Position numbers and translations under genes: made by a program
In this document: piece after piece, positions 34,487 through 44,858 of the stretch
Layout: every line of letters begins with the position of its first letter
Position numbering within the stretch: the stretch's first letter is position 1
Assembly: GCA_963816355.1 (NCBI GenBank)
Contig: CAWFKH010000003.1
Span: 1,312,001-1,376,000 of the forward strand
From: an uncultured Gemmatimonadales bacterium
GTDB lineage: Bacteria; Gemmatimonadota; Gemmatimonadetes; Longimicrobiales; RSA9
Direction of reading: 5' to 3'
DNA: 64,000 nt
The notes under the pieces: generated by a model
Databases searched by the model: none
What the model was told of the DNA's origin: nothing
Seen by the model: only the letters and a program-made list of their open reading frames with translations

Positions 34487-35185
34487 GTGAAGCGGCACGC
34501 CCAGTGCACTCGCGCCAGCCAGTCGCACGCCCGCAGCGGTCGGGCGCGCAATCGCCCTTTCCGTCCCGTGCTCGCCGTGCTCGCCGCGGCGCTCGTGGCG
34601 GGCTGCGCCGCCACCGCGATCGCGGTGGACCGGCCCGACCCGGATGCGGTCCTGAGCCAGGCGGTGCGGTCGGCCGCTGACGGGCACTTCATCGAAGCGC
34701 ACAGCGACCTCTCGTGGGTCTACACGCACTACGCGAGTCGCCCGGTCGGCCGCCGCGCGCTCCTCGCGCTCGCGGCGCTCGAGCTCGATCCCCGCAATCC
34801 GCAGCAGCGGCTCGACGTGGGAGCGCAGCTCCTGGAGCGCTTCTTCGACGCCGATTCGCTCTCCACCGTGCCGGCGTGGGAGCGGCCGGTCCTCGAGACA
34901 ATGTACCTGTTGTCGGTCGATCTGGGCGCGGAGGAATACCGCCTCGCGCGCGCCCACGTCGTCGCGGACTCGCTCCAGGCGGCGGGGCTGACGCCCGCGG
35001 CCAATGCCGCCCGTCCCACGCTGCCCCGCCCCTCCATGGCCGTCCGGCTCGACTCGGTCGTGCGCGCGAGCACCGTCCTGAAGCAGCGCGGCGACTCGCT
35101 GGAGACGCGCGTCAAGCAGCTCGAAAGCCAGCTCGGCGACGCCAGGAAGGAGCTCGAGCGGATCCGCAAGACGCTGCACGGCTGA
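34487..35185 (+). CDS. Helical lipoprotein with C-terminal coiled coil (QseG/YfhG-like)
   Basis: AAAGGAG RBS; lipobox LVAG-C; ALLALAALELDPRNP helix-turn; heptad tail ending KELERIRKTL. Confidence 0.72.
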   Translation: MKRHAQCTRASQSHARSGRARNRPFRPVLAVLAAALVAGCAATAIAVDRPDPDAVLSQAVRSAADGHFIEAHSDLSWVYTHYASRPVGRRALLALAALELDPRNPQQRLDVGAQLLERFFDADSLSTVPAWERPVLETMYLLSVDLGAEEYRLARAHVVADSLQAAGLTPAANAARPTLPRPSMAVRLDSVVRASTVLKQRGDSLETRVKQLESQLGDARKELERIRKTLHG

Positions 35186-35198
35186 GGCGCCGGCGACC

Positions 35199-37277
35199 TC
35201 AGCCGACGCCGAACATCCGCTCCCGTTCCCCCCAGCGCCGCTCCAGGCGCCGCAGGACCTCCGGGTGCCGCTCGAGCTCCGGGTCGGCCGCGAGCAGCCG
35301 TTCCGCCGCCGCCCGCGCGGCCAGGAGCAGCGGCTCGTCCTCGAGCGCGTCGAAGAAGCGGAAGGCGGGCAGCCCGTGCTGGCGCGCGCCGAAGAAGTCG
35401 CCCATGCCGCGCAGCCGCAGGTCGGCGCGCGCGATGTCGAAGCCATCGTCGCTCCGCGCGAGGATGCGGAGCCGCTCGGTCGCCTCGGGTCCGCCGCCCG
35501 CGATGAGCACGCAGTAGCTGCGCGCGCCGCCGCGCCCGACCCGGCCGCGAAGCTGGTGGAGCTGAGAGAGCCCGAAGCGCTCCGGGTGCTCGACCACCAT
35601 CACGGTCGCGTTCGGCACGTCGATCCCCACCTCGATCACCGTCGTCGCCACGAGGATCGCGATGTCGCCCGCCGCGAACGCGCGCATCGCGGTGTCCTTC
35701 TCCTCGCTGGAGAGCTGGCCGTGCAGCAGGCCCACGCTCAGCTCCGGAAAGACTTCCGCGGAGAGCCGCTCGAACTCCTGCGTCGCGGCCAGGAGATCGA
35801 CCTTCTCGGATTCGGCGACGAGCGGATAGACGAAGTACGCCTGGCGGCCCTCGGCGATCTGCTCGCGCACGAATTCGTACACGCGCTCGCGCGCCGACTC
35901 CCTGCGCAGCGCGGTGCGGATCGGCGGCCGGCCGGCCGGGCGCTCGTCGAGGACGGTCAGGTCCAGGTCGCCGTAAAGGGTCAGCGCGAGCGAGCGCGGG
36001 ATCGGCGTGGCGGACATCACCAGCACGTCCGGCCTGTCGCCGGATTCCGTAAGCGCCATGCGCTGCCGCACGCCGAAGCGGTGCTGTTCGTCGACCACGA
36101 CCAGCCCGAGGTGCGCGAAATCGACGCGTTCCTGGATCAGCGCCTGCGTGCCGATCACGAGCTTCGCCGAGCCGGAGCGGATCGCCTCCAGAGCCCGGCG
36201 CCGTTCGGCCGCGCCGAGGCGGCCGGTGAGGAGCGCGACGCCGGCGTCGTCCTCCGCAAGCAGGCTACGCACGGTGCGCGCGTGCTGCTCGGCGAGCACC
36301 TCCGTGGGCGCCATCAGCGCGGACTGGTAGCCGGACTCGGCGGCGAGGAGCATCGCGAAGAGCGCCACGACGGTCTTGCCGGAGCCGACGTCGCCCTGCA
36401 GCAGCCGGTTCATGCGGCGCCCCGACGCCATCTCCTCGAAGATCTCGCGCACCGCCTCGGTCTGCGCGCCGGTCAGCTCGAACGGCAGGCGGCGGTAGAG
36501 CGGGCCGATCAGCGCGTCGGTGCGGCGGAACCGGATTCCCTCGCGCGCCTCCGTCGCGTGCAGGCGGACGCGCGCCTGCAGCAGCTGGAGGAAGAAGATC
36601 TCTTCGTAGGCGAGGCGGCGGCGGCCGAGTTCGGCCTCGGCGAGCGACGTCGGCCGGTGCACGAACGCGAGCGCCTCCGCGAAGGGGGGTACGCCGGCGC
36701 GCTCCAGGTCGGCGGCGGAGAAGATCTCCTCGTCGGCGGCCGCCGCCAGGAGCGCGTCGAGATTCTCGTCCAGGATGCGGCGCAGCAGGCGCTGGGACAG
36801 CCCTTCGGTCGCCGGATAGATCGGGAGCACCTTGCCCTCGGCGGCGCCCGGGTCGTCGGCACGCCCGAGCACGACGAACTCGCGCGGCTGGAGCTGGCGG
36901 CCGCGGAAGAAGCGCACCGGCCCCCTCACGAGCAGGAGGTCGCCCTTCGAGATCGTGCGGTCGAGGAACGGCTGCCCGGGCCAGGAGCACTCGAGGTACT
37001 CGCCCGATGCGTCCCTCAGCACCGCCTGGAAGATGCGCAGCCCCGCGCGCGTGGGCAGCACGCCCTTGCTCGTCACCTCGCCCACGACGGTGGCGTCTTC
37101 GCCGACGCGCACGCGCCCGATCGGCGTCACCGTGCTCGCGTCCTCGTAGCGCCGCGGCGCGTGCAGCAGCAGGTCGCGGCCGAAGCCGATCCCCAGCCGC
37201 GACAGCGTCTCGGCCCGCTTCGGACCCACGCCCTTCAGATACTGGACCGGGCTGTCGAGCGGCGAACTCCGCATCAT
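35199..37277 (-). CDS. recG: ATP-dependent DNA helicase RecG
   Basis: LKGVGPKR, RLLQGDVGSGKT, DEQHRFGV, MSATPIPR, QLHQLRGRVGRG, GFDIARADL. Confidence 0.97.
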   Translation of the reverse strand: MMRSSPLDSPVQYLKGVGPKRAETLSRLGIGFGRDLLLHAPRRYEDASTVTPIGRVRVGEDATVVGEVTSKGVLPTRAGLRIFQAVLRDASGEYLECSWPGQPFLDRTISKGDLLLVRGPVRFFRGRQLQPREFVVLGRADDPGAAEGKVLPIYPATEGLSQRLLRRILDENLDALLAAAADEEIFSAADLERAGVPPFAEALAFVHRPTSLAEAELGRRRLAYEEIFFLQLLQARVRLHATEAREGIRFRRTDALIGPLYRRLPFELTGAQTEAVREIFEEMASGRRMNRLLQGDVGSGKTVVALFAMLLAAESGYQSALMAPTEVLAEQHARTVRSLLAEDDAGVALLTGRLGAAERRRALEAIRSGSAKLVIGTQALIQERVDFAHLGLVVVDEQHRFGVRQRMALTESGDRPDVLVMSATPIPRSLALTLYGDLDLTVLDERPAGRPPIRTALRRESARERVYEFVREQIAEGRQAYFVYPLVAESEKVDLLAATQEFERLSAEVFPELSVGLLHGQLSSEEKDTAMRAFAAGDIAILVATTVIEVGIDVPNATVMVVEHPERFGLSQLHQLRGRVGRGGARSYCVLIAGGGPEATERLRILARSDDGFDIARADLRLRGMGDFFGARQHGLPAFRFFDALEDEPLLLAARAAAERLLAADPELERHPEVLRRLERRWGERERMFGVG

Positions 37278-37284
37278 CGGTGGC

Positions 37285-38211
37285 TCACTCCGTCAACACC
37301 TCCCGCGCGAACGCGGCGGCATCGAACGGCTCCAGCGCGTCGAGGCTTTCGCCGGTGCCCACGAGCTTCAGCGGCACGTCGAACTCCTCCTTGAGCGCGA
37401 CGACGACGCCGCCACGTGCGCTGCTGTCCAGCTTCGAGAGCACGAGGCCGGTCAGCTTCAGCGACGCGCGGAAGGTGCGCAGCTGCGCGAACGCGTTCTG
37501 GCCGACCGTCGCGTCGAGCACGAGAAGCGTCTCGTGGGGCGCGCCCTCGAGCTTGCGGCCGACGACGCGGTCGATCTTCGTCAGCTCGCCCATCAGGTCC
37601 TCCTGCGTGTGGAGGCGGCCCGCGGTGTCGAGGACGACGACGTCGCAGCCGCGCGACTGCGCCGCCTCGATGGCGTCGAAGGCGACCGACGCCGGGTCGG
37701 CGCCGGGCGTCGCGCCGACGAAGTCGGAGCCGGTCCGTTCCGCCCACACGCGCAACTGGTCGATGGCGCCGGCGCGGAACGTGTCCGCGGCGCCCAGGAG
37801 GACGCGGTGGCCGTCGCTGCGGAGGCGGTGCGCGAGCTTGCCGATCGTCGTCGTCTTCCCCACGCCGTTCACCCCGACGACCATGAAGACGGTGGGCGGC
37901 GACGCCGCGAAGCGGAGGGCGGGTTCGGCGTCGCCGGAGCGCAGGATCGCCTCGATCTCCTCGGCGACGGCGTCGAGGAACTCGCGCTCGGTGTGGATGC
38001 GGCCGCGCTGCGACAGGCGGCGCACGTGGTCGACGAGGCGCAGCGTCGCCGCGACGCCGAAGTCGCTGGCCAGCAACTGCTCCTCGACCGCCTCCAGGGA
38101 ACCCTCGTCCAGCCCGCCGCGGAGCACCACGTTCACGTCCGTCAGCGCGACGTCCTTGATGCGCTGCCAGAGCGAGGGGCCTTCTCCCTTCTTTCTGAAC
38201 AGTCTCGCCAT
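37285..38211 (-). CDS. ftsY: SRP receptor FtsY (NG domain only)
   Basis: GVNGVGKTTTIGKLA, DTFRAGA, DTAGRLH, SKLDSSARGG, GTGE. Confidence 0.96.
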   Translation of the reverse strand: MARLFRKKGEGPSLWQRIKDVALTDVNVVLRGGLDEGSLEAVEEQLLASDFGVAATLRLVDHVRRLSQRGRIHTEREFLDAVAEEIEAILRSGDAEPALRFAASPPTVFMVVGVNGVGKTTTIGKLAHRLRSDGHRVLLGAADTFRAGAIDQLRVWAERTGSDFVGATPGADPASVAFDAIEAAQSRGCDVVVLDTAGRLHTQEDLMGELTKIDRVVGRKLEGAPHETLLVLDATVGQNAFAQLRTFRASLKLTGLVLSKLDSSARGGVVVALKEEFDVPLKLVGTGESLDALEPFDAAAFAREVLTE

Positions 38212-38238
38212 TCGATGTCGTTTCGTTGCAGGGTCGAG

Positions 38239-40248
38239 CTAGCGCAGGCCCCACCGGCGTCGCAGCACCCATTCCGCGCAGAGCAGCGCGACGACGACGA
38301 GGTACGGCCACGGCGTGGCGTGCAGCGGACGCCGGCCCGCCGTGCGGCCGGCCGCGAACGCGCCTTCCGCCGCACCTTCGGAGGCGCCGCCGGCGCCGGC
38401 CCGCCGCGCCTCGTCCCACGACACGGCGGGACGGGCGTAGTCGGGCGAGTAACGGTCGATCGTCAACGGCCCCTCCGCGCTGGCCACCACGCTGTCGGCG
38501 CGCAACGCCTGTGCGCGGTACGCGTAGCGGCCGGGCGCGGGCGCCCGCGTCAGGGCGCTGTCACCCGCGGCCGCGTCCGCGGTCGTGTCGAGCACGGCGG
38601 CGCCGGCGCTGTCCCGGAGCGTCACGCGGATGGAGTCCGGGCGGGCGCCCGGCGCGATCCACGGCACGCGCTCGCCGCGCGGAAGCACCCAGCGAGCAGG
38701 CCGCACGGCCAGTGGCGCGAAGCCGCGCTCGTCGTGCATGAGCCACCCGCCGAGCGCCGACCACAGCGTGCGGTACGCCTCGCGCGCGGCGCCGCCGCGG
38801 AACGCCCATCGCCAGTACCCCGCACCGGTGGCGACGACCCATCGGCGACCGGCGGAGTCGCCGGCGATGAGCGCGGGCGCCGCGATGCCGGCGCGCGAGC
38901 GGCGCGCGAGGAGCGGCGCCCACGTGGCGCCGCTCCCCGGCGTCGGAAGGGCGCGCAGCGCGACCAGCGGCGGCACCGAGTCGAACGGCGCTCCGGCGAG
39001 GAAGGCGGCGATCGGCGAGGACGGGACGTCCTGCGCGATGTACCAGTCGCCGGGCGTCGCGGGCGGCAGTTCCACCGGAAGCGTGCCGCGCCCCACGTCG
39101 TCCGAGGGGAAGACGATGAGGCGGCGGGCCCGCTGTGCGAGCGTCCGCGCCCACTCCGGCGAGTCGGAGCCGAGGCCGTGCAGCACGACGAGGTCGGCCT
39201 GCGCGGCCGAGCGCTGGACGTCCGCGTCGGTCGCCGGGCGCGCCGCGCTGAGGGCGGTGCCGGTGCGGAGATAGCGGCCGTCGGCGATGCGCAGGAAGCC
39301 TCGCGTCGGCAGCCCGAGCGCGTCTTCCAGAATCGGCACGAGGAAGCGCGGCTCCTCACCCGGCCGCAGCGAGACGACCGCGACGCCGGTGGGCGACTCC
39401 GCCACGTAGAGGTAGAAGATCCGGCGGTCGTCGGCGGGGATCGCGTCCTGGGGCGTAATCGCAAGCGTGTACTCGACGAGGCCGCCGCCCTCGGGCGCCT
39501 CCGGCGCGAAGCGGAGCGTCGCGGTGGCGACGCGCCCGGCGCCGGCGGTGCGCAGCGGCGCGGTCGCCACCACACGCCCGCCGCGCAGCACGCTCACACG
39601 CACGGTGTCGCCGGCGACGGTGGACGCGATGCCGACGCGGACGGCGGTCGTGTCGCCCGCGGCGGCCCACGCGGGGACGTCGAGCTCAGCCAGCGCGCGC
39701 TCCGCCCCCGCCGGGCCGGGAACGCGCTGCATCTCCACGCGCAGCCCCGCTTCGCGGGCCACCGCCGCAGCTTCGGCCACATCCTGCACGCCGCCGTCGC
39801 TCACGACGAGGACGCGCTCCGCTCCCGCTTCCGCCGCGGCGCGCAGCGCCGGCGCCAACCGCGAATCGGCGTCGCCGGGCGTGGTCGCGGGGAGCGAGTC
39901 GGCCTGCACCGCCCGCACGGTCGTGCCGAAGAGGAGGATGCGACCCCGCTCCGCACGCCTCGCGCGCCGCACCGCCTCGTCCCAGCGCGTGCCCCGCACG
40001 GAGTCCGCGGCGCCCATGCTGACCGACGCGTCGAGCAGGACCACGCGGCCGGCGCCGCCCCCGGCGCCGCGCGTGGGTATGGCCGGGTCGAAGAGCAGCA
40101 GCAGCAGGACGACGAAAGACGCCGCGCGCAGCATCGCCAGCAGCGCGCGGCCGCGACCCGGCGGCTCACGGCGGCGGTAAATGAAAAAGGCCGCGGTGAG
40201 GGCCGCCGCGGCCAGGATCCCGAAGAAAATCCAGTGGCTCGAACTCAC
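38239..40248 (-). CDS. Membrane-anchored vWA-domain protein
   Basis: Two N-terminal TM helices; MIDAS-like DASVSM and VSDG; C-terminal TM ending AEWVLRRRWGLR. Confidence 0.75.
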   Translation of the reverse strand: MSSSHWIFFGILAAAALTAAFFIYRRREPPGRGRALLAMLRAASFVVLLLLLFDPAIPTRGAGGGAGRVVLLDASVSMGAADSVRGTRWDEAVRRARRAERGRILLFGTTVRAVQADSLPATTPGDADSRLAPALRAAAEAGAERVLVVSDGGVQDVAEAAAVAREAGLRVEMQRVPGPAGAERALAELDVPAWAAAGDTTAVRVGIASTVAGDTVRVSVLRGGRVVATAPLRTAGAGRVATATLRFAPEAPEGGGLVEYTLAITPQDAIPADDRRIFYLYVAESPTGVAVVSLRPGEEPRFLVPILEDALGLPTRGFLRIADGRYLRTGTALSAARPATDADVQRSAAQADLVVLHGLGSDSPEWARTLAQRARRLIVFPSDDVGRGTLPVELPPATPGDWYIAQDVPSSPIAAFLAGAPFDSVPPLVALRALPTPGSGATWAPLLARRSRAGIAAPALIAGDSAGRRWVVATGAGYWRWAFRGGAAREAYRTLWSALGGWLMHDERGFAPLAVRPARWVLPRGERVPWIAPGARPDSIRVTLRDSAGAAVLDTTADAAAGDSALTRAPAPGRYAYRAQALRADSVVASAEGPLTIDRYSPDYARPAVSWDEARRAGAGGASEGAAEGAFAAGRTAGRRPLHATPWPYLVVVALLCAEWVLRRRWGLR

Positions 40249-40258
40249 GCCACGTCGT

Positions 40259-41611
40259 CTACTCCTGCCTGCCCGCCGAGCCGACCTCCTCCGAAGGAGC
40301 CGGTGTGCCGGCGTCGTCCGGCGGGGAGGGTGCCGTCGCCAGACGGTCGGTCGGGTACGAGACCGCGTCGAGCAACGCGAGTCTCGGGCCGAGAATCGCG
40401 CGGAACCGTTCCAGCTCGCTCTTCGGGAGCGGGGGCGCGCCCGGCAGCTGAACGGTGCGAGGATTGAGCGCCTTGCCGAAGCGCCGGATCTCGTAGTGCA
40501 GGTGCGGCGCCGTCGCGAGGCCGGTCTGGCCCACGTAGCCGACCACCTGGTTCTGGTCTACGTGGACGCCGGGATGAATCCCGCGGGCGAAGGCTCGCAG
40601 GTGCGCGTAGCGCGTCGTGTAGCCGTCCCAGTGGCGCAGGATCACCAGATTGCCGTAGCCGCCGCGTCGCCCAGCGAAAACCACCGTCCCCGCGCCCGTC
40701 GCGTGCGCAGGCGTGCCGGCGTTCGCGCCGAAATCCGTGCCGGTGTGCGCACGGTAGATCCCGAGCATCGGATGGTAGCGGTGCGGGTTGAAGGCGGACG
40801 TGATGCGGACGTAGGAGACCGGATAGCGGTTGAAGGCGAGCCGCAGCGACTTGCCCGCGTCGTCGTAGTACGCGCCGTAGCGCTCGTCGCGAGGGTGGAA
40901 GTAGAACGCGCGGAACGCCTTGCCCTGATTGTCGATCTCCGAGGCGAGGATGCGGCGCGAGCGCGCCGTTCCGTCGGGCCTCGCCTCACGCTCGTAGACG
41001 ACGCGGAAGCGGTCCCCGGGCTGGATCTCGTGGGCGAAGTCGAGCTTGTAGCCGTAGATCGAAGCGAGGGAGACCACGAGCTGGATGCGCTCGGACGCCG
41101 GGAGCTCCAGATCCTCGTTCTCGACGATCTCCTGATAGAGCGTGCGTCCCCGCTCGATGCGGCCCGCGACCTCGATCGTGTCCACGCTCACCGGCGTCAC
41201 CACGACGCGCGCGTCCCAACCGGTCGGCCCGGGCTCGAGGCGGACGGTGCTGTCCGCGTTGAGCCGCACGTCGACCGCGCGCGTGGAGCCGTCGCGGGCC
41301 CAGCGCCGCACCGAGATCTCGGCGCCCGCCGAGAGCCGGCGCGGATTGGCGTACTCACGGAGCGAGAGCAGGAGGTCCGCCATCTGGCCCCGAAGGTCCT
41401 GCGCCGCGAGCACCCCGGAGAGCGTCTCCCCGCTCCGCAGCACGTGCGTGACGACGTGCTCGGGCGGGGCGACATCCACGGCGTGGAGCAGCGGCGCCGA
41501 CGCCGGCGCGACGGCGCGGGCGTGCGGCCGGTAGACCGCATAGGAGCCGAGCAGGAAAAGCCCGCTCCCGAGCGCGACTCCGGTCAGCGCCCGCTGAAGG
41601 TTCGGCTTCAA
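40259..41611 (-). CDS. M23-family peptidoglycan endopeptidase (MepM-like)
   Basis: N-terminal TM, LysM-like LRSGETL, HTGTD (HxxxD), GYGN, YAHL, HLHYE. Confidence 0.9.
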   Translation of the reverse strand: MKPNLQRALTGVALGSGLFLLGSYAVYRPHARAVAPASAPLLHAVDVAPPEHVVTHVLRSGETLSGVLAAQDLRGQMADLLLSLREYANPRRLSAGAEISVRRWARDGSTRAVDVRLNADSTVRLEPGPTGWDARVVVTPVSVDTIEVAGRIERGRTLYQEIVENEDLELPASERIQLVVSLASIYGYKLDFAHEIQPGDRFRVVYEREARPDGTARSRRILASEIDNQGKAFRAFYFHPRDERYGAYYDDAGKSLRLAFNRYPVSYVRITSAFNPHRYHPMLGIYRAHTGTDFGANAGTPAHATGAGTVVFAGRRGGYGNLVILRHWDGYTTRYAHLRAFARGIHPGVHVDQNQVVGYVGQTGLATAPHLHYEIRRFGKALNPRTVQLPGAPPLPKSELERFRAILGPRLALLDAVSYPTDRLATAPSPPDDAGTPAPSEEVGSAGRQE

Positions 41612-41641
41612 ACCTCGCGTCCTCTCTCTGGGCAGTCTGGA

Positions 41642-42796
41642 TCAGTCCATCTGGCGACGGATGAACGTTGGAATATCTAAGTCACCGAGATGGTGCCGCG
41701 CAATGGGGCGCTGGGCCGGCCGCGGGAACGGCACCGACTCCGCGAACGCCGGCGTGCGCGCTCCGCCGGTGGCGACGGCGCGCGTCGCGGCGAAGTTCGG
41801 ACGGATCACGTTGTCCGCCATCCGCTCCTCCTCGCCGCGCGCGAGCCCCGTCGCGATGACGGTGACCCGGACCTCGCCCTCGAGCTCGGGATCGTGGACG
41901 GCGCCGAAGATGATCTCGGCGTCGTCGCCGGCGGCCTCCTGGATGATCGAGGAGATGGTGGTGACCTCGTCGATGGAGAGGTCCATGCCGCCGGTGATGT
42001 TGATCAGCACGCCGGCCGCGCCCTCGATGGAGACGTTGTCGAGGAGCGGGCTGGAGATCGCCTCCTGGGCGGACTCGACGGCGCGGTTGTCGCCGCGGCC
42101 GAAGCCCGTGCCCATGAGCGCGGGGCCGCGGCTCGCCATGACGGTGCGGACGTCGGCGAAGTCCACGTTCACCTCGCCGGTGACGTGGATCAGGTCGCTG
42201 ATCCCCTGCGTCGCGTGGAGCAGCACGTCGTCCGCCTTCTTGAGCGCATCGCGGAAGGAGGTGCCCTTGCCGCAGACGGAGAGCAGGCGCTCGTTCGGCA
42301 CGACGATCATCGTGTCGGCGGTGCGGTTGAGCTCGGCGAGCCCCTGCTCCGCCTGCCGCATGCGCTTCTTGCCCTCGAACTGGAACGGCCGCGTGACGAT
42401 GCCGATCGTGAGCGCGCCCAGCTCACGTGCGATTTCCGCGATCATCGGCGCGGCGCCCGTGCCGGTTCCGCCGCCCATGCCGGCGGTGATGAAGACGAGG
42501 TCGGAGCCGTCGAGCGCCTTGCGCATCTCGTCCCGGCTCTCGTCGATCGCCTGACGACCGATCTCCGGCCGGGCACCGGCGCCGAGGCCGCGCGTGAGCT
42601 TCTTGCCGATCTGGATCTTGACCGGCGCCTTCGAGTTCTTCAGCGCCTGCGAATCCGTGTTGACGCTGATGAACTCGACGCCCTCGAGGTCCTCGTCGAC
42701 CATGCGATTGACGGCGTTGCCGCCGCCGCCGCCGACGCCGACCACCTTCATGCGGGCGTTGCGCGCCTCGCCCTCTTCGAATTCGAAGATCATCAT
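41642..42796 (-). CDS. ftsZ: Cell division GTPase FtsZ
   Basis: [29 protein letters not shown]-terminal LDIPTFIRR. Confidence 0.98.
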   Translation of the reverse strand: MMIFEFEEGEARNARMKVVGVGGGGGNAVNRMVDEDLEGVEFISVNTDSQALKNSKAPVKIQIGKKLTRGLGAGARPEIGRQAIDESRDEMRKALDGSDLVFITAGMGGGTGTGAAPMIAEIARELGALTIGIVTRPFQFEGKKRMRQAEQGLAELNRTADTMIVVPNERLLSVCGKGTSFRDALKKADDVLLHATQGISDLIHVTGEVNVDFADVRTVMASRGPALMGTGFGRGDNRAVESAQEAISSPLLDNVSIEGAAGVLINITGGMDLSIDEVTTISSIIQEAAGDDAEIIFGAVHDPELEGEVRVTVIATGLARGEEERMADNVIRPNFAATRAVATGGARTPAFAESVPFPRPAQRPIARHHLGDLDIPTFIRRQMD

Positions 42797-42869
42797 GATG
42801 CACCCTCCTTCGGTGATCCGGCGGGCCGCCCCCGGCCCGTCCGGTGAGTGAAACGCTGGTTCGGGACCC

Positions 42870-44099
42870 TCAGAAGAACTCCTTCAACCACGCCACGATC
42901 TTGCCCATCGCGCCCTCGCCGCGGGGGGCGATCGCGCCATCCTTCAGCCGCCGGGCGGCGCCGTAGAGCGCCAGGCCCGATGCGGTCGCGAAGCGTGGGC
43001 GCCGCACCGAATCGGCCAGTCCGCTCAGGTGATCGCCCGGCACGCCCACGCGCACCGGCGTCGCGAAGACGTGCTGTGCCACCTCCACGACGCCCTGGAT
43101 CGAGGCGCCGCCGCCGGTGAGGACGACGCCCGCGCCGAGGCGCCGGGGATCGATCGTGCTCTCGATCTCGCGCGCGACCAGACCGAGGATCTCATCGAGT
43201 CGCTGCTCGATGATGTGGGCGATCAGCTCGCGCGTGACGTTGCGCGTCTGCCCCGGTCCGGGGCCGGGCAGCTCCACCGTCTCGCGCGGATCGACGAGCT
43301 GCGCGAAGGCGACGCCGTAGCGCTCCTTCGCCTTCTCGGCCTCGGCGAACGGGATCGCGAGACCCTTCGTCAGGTCGTTCGTCACGGCGGCGCCGCCCCA
43401 CGGCACGGACGCGAGGTGGCGCGTCTTGCCGTCGGCGAAGACGGCGAGCTCCGTCGTGCCGGCGCCGAGATCGACGAGCGCCACGCCCACCTCGCGCTCG
43501 TCGTCGCTGACGACGGCCAGCGCGGTCGCGAGCGGCTCGTCGACGAACGCCTCGACGGCGTAGCCCGCGCGGTCGGCCGCCTTGCGCAGGTTCTGTCCGG
43601 CGGTCGCGGAGCTGGTCACGATGTAGACCTCCGCCTCGAGCCGGGTGCCGGCCATCCCGACCGGGTCCCGGATGCCGGAGCGGTGATCGACGGTGTACTC
43701 CTGCGGCAGCACGTGGAGCAACTCGCGGTCGGCCGGCACGACCACCGCGCGCGCGACCTCGTGAACCCGCTTCACGTCCGCGGCATCGATCTCCTCGCCC
43801 CCCACCGCCACGACGCCGGTCGACGCCGCCGCCTCGATGTGCTCGCCGGCGATGCCGCAGAAGACGCGGTCCACGCCGACACCCGCCATCAGCTCGGCCT
43901 CCTTCATCGCCTTGCGGATCGACTCCGTCGTCTCCTCGATGTCGGTGACGACGTCGTGACGGATGCCGCCGGTGCGCGCCTGGCCGACGCCCAGGATCTT
44001 CGCCTCCGGCGCGCGGCGCGGCTCGCCGGCGACCTCCGCGATCACCGCGCACGTCTTCGTCGATCCGATGTCGAGTCCGGCCACCAGGTTCGGGCGCAT
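42870..44099 (-). CDS. ftsA: Cell division protein FtsA
   Basis: [22 protein letters not shown]-terminal amphipathic WLKEFF. Confidence 0.97.
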   Translation of the reverse strand: MRPNLVAGLDIGSTKTCAVIAEVAGEPRRAPEAKILGVGQARTGGIRHDVVTDIEETTESIRKAMKEAELMAGVGVDRVFCGIAGEHIEAAASTGVVAVGGEEIDAADVKRVHEVARAVVVPADRELLHVLPQEYTVDHRSGIRDPVGMAGTRLEAEVYIVTSSATAGQNLRKAADRAGYAVEAFVDEPLATALAVVSDDEREVGVALVDLGAGTTELAVFADGKTRHLASVPWGGAAVTNDLTKGLAIPFAEAEKAKERYGVAFAQLVDPRETVELPGPGPGQTRNVTRELIAHIIEQRLDEILGLVAREIESTIDPRRLGAGVVLTGGGASIQGVVEVAQHVFATPVRVGVPGDHLSGLADSVRRPRFATASGLALYGAARRLKDGAIAPRGEGAMGKIVAWLKEFF

Positions 44100-44102
44100 C
44101 GC

Positions 44103-44858
44103 TCAGCTCGCCTTCGGATTCAGGGAGACGACGACCTGTTCGCGGAACCGCCCATCGATGCGGCGCAGGCGCGTGAGCTCGGCGCGCGCTTCCAGATCGC
44201 CCAGCGTCGAGACGAGCTCGTGCAGGCGGATCGGATCCGGATCCGCCGGGAGAAGCGCGCTCGCGTCCGCCGGATCCCGGAAGCGCACTTCGACGCTCCC
44301 GCCCGGACCGGGCCCGGCCTCCGAGATGCGCGCCGCGAAGTCCGGCTCGAAGCGGCGGATGCGGTCGAGCGTGGCGAGCAGCGCGAGGGCGGCCGGGGCT
44401 CGCAGGCGGCCGGCCGAACCGGCCGGGACGCCGATCCCGAGGATCGGGAGGTCGAGCGGTACGCGCGCTGGGTCGATCGGCAGCAGCACGCCGCGTGCGT
44501 CGATCGGACGCAGGACCGAGTCCCGCACGAGCGCCACCGGCTCGGTCTCGCGGATCGTCAGCACGAGCGTGCCCGGCAGACGGCGGCTCACCTCCGCGTC
44601 CGCCACGAGCGGGCTGCGCAGCAGCCGCTGCCGGACCGGTTCGAGATCGTCGAAGACGTTGGCGCTCGCCTGGACGCCGCTGGCCCGCAACGCGTCGCGC
44701 GGAATCATGTAGCGAGCGCCGCGGACCTCGACGCGCGTGACGCGGAAGGTGTCGAGCCGGCGCAGCAGCCGGGGCGTCTGCGAGAACGCCGCGGCGATCG
44801 CCGCGCCGCCGAGCGCGACGGCGACGGAGCCGAGGACCGCGCGCCTGCGAATCCTCAT
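44103..44858 (-). CDS. ftsQ: Cell division protein FtsQ
   Basis: TM plus POTRA (VEVRG...VSRRLPGTLVLTIRE); C-terminal IDGRF; position between murC and ftsA. Confidence 0.88.
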   Translation of the reverse strand: MRIRRRAVLGSVAVALGGAAIAAAFSQTPRLLRRLDTFRVTRVEVRGARYMIPRDALRASGVQASANVFDDLEPVRQRLLRSPLVADAEVSRRLPGTLVLTIRETEPVALVRDSVLRPIDARGVLLPIDPARVPLDLPILGIGVPAGSAGRLRAPAALALLATLDRIRRFEPDFAARISEAGPGPGGSVEVRFRDPADASALLPADPDPIRLHELVSTLGDLEARAELTRLRRIDGRFREQVVVSLNPKAS

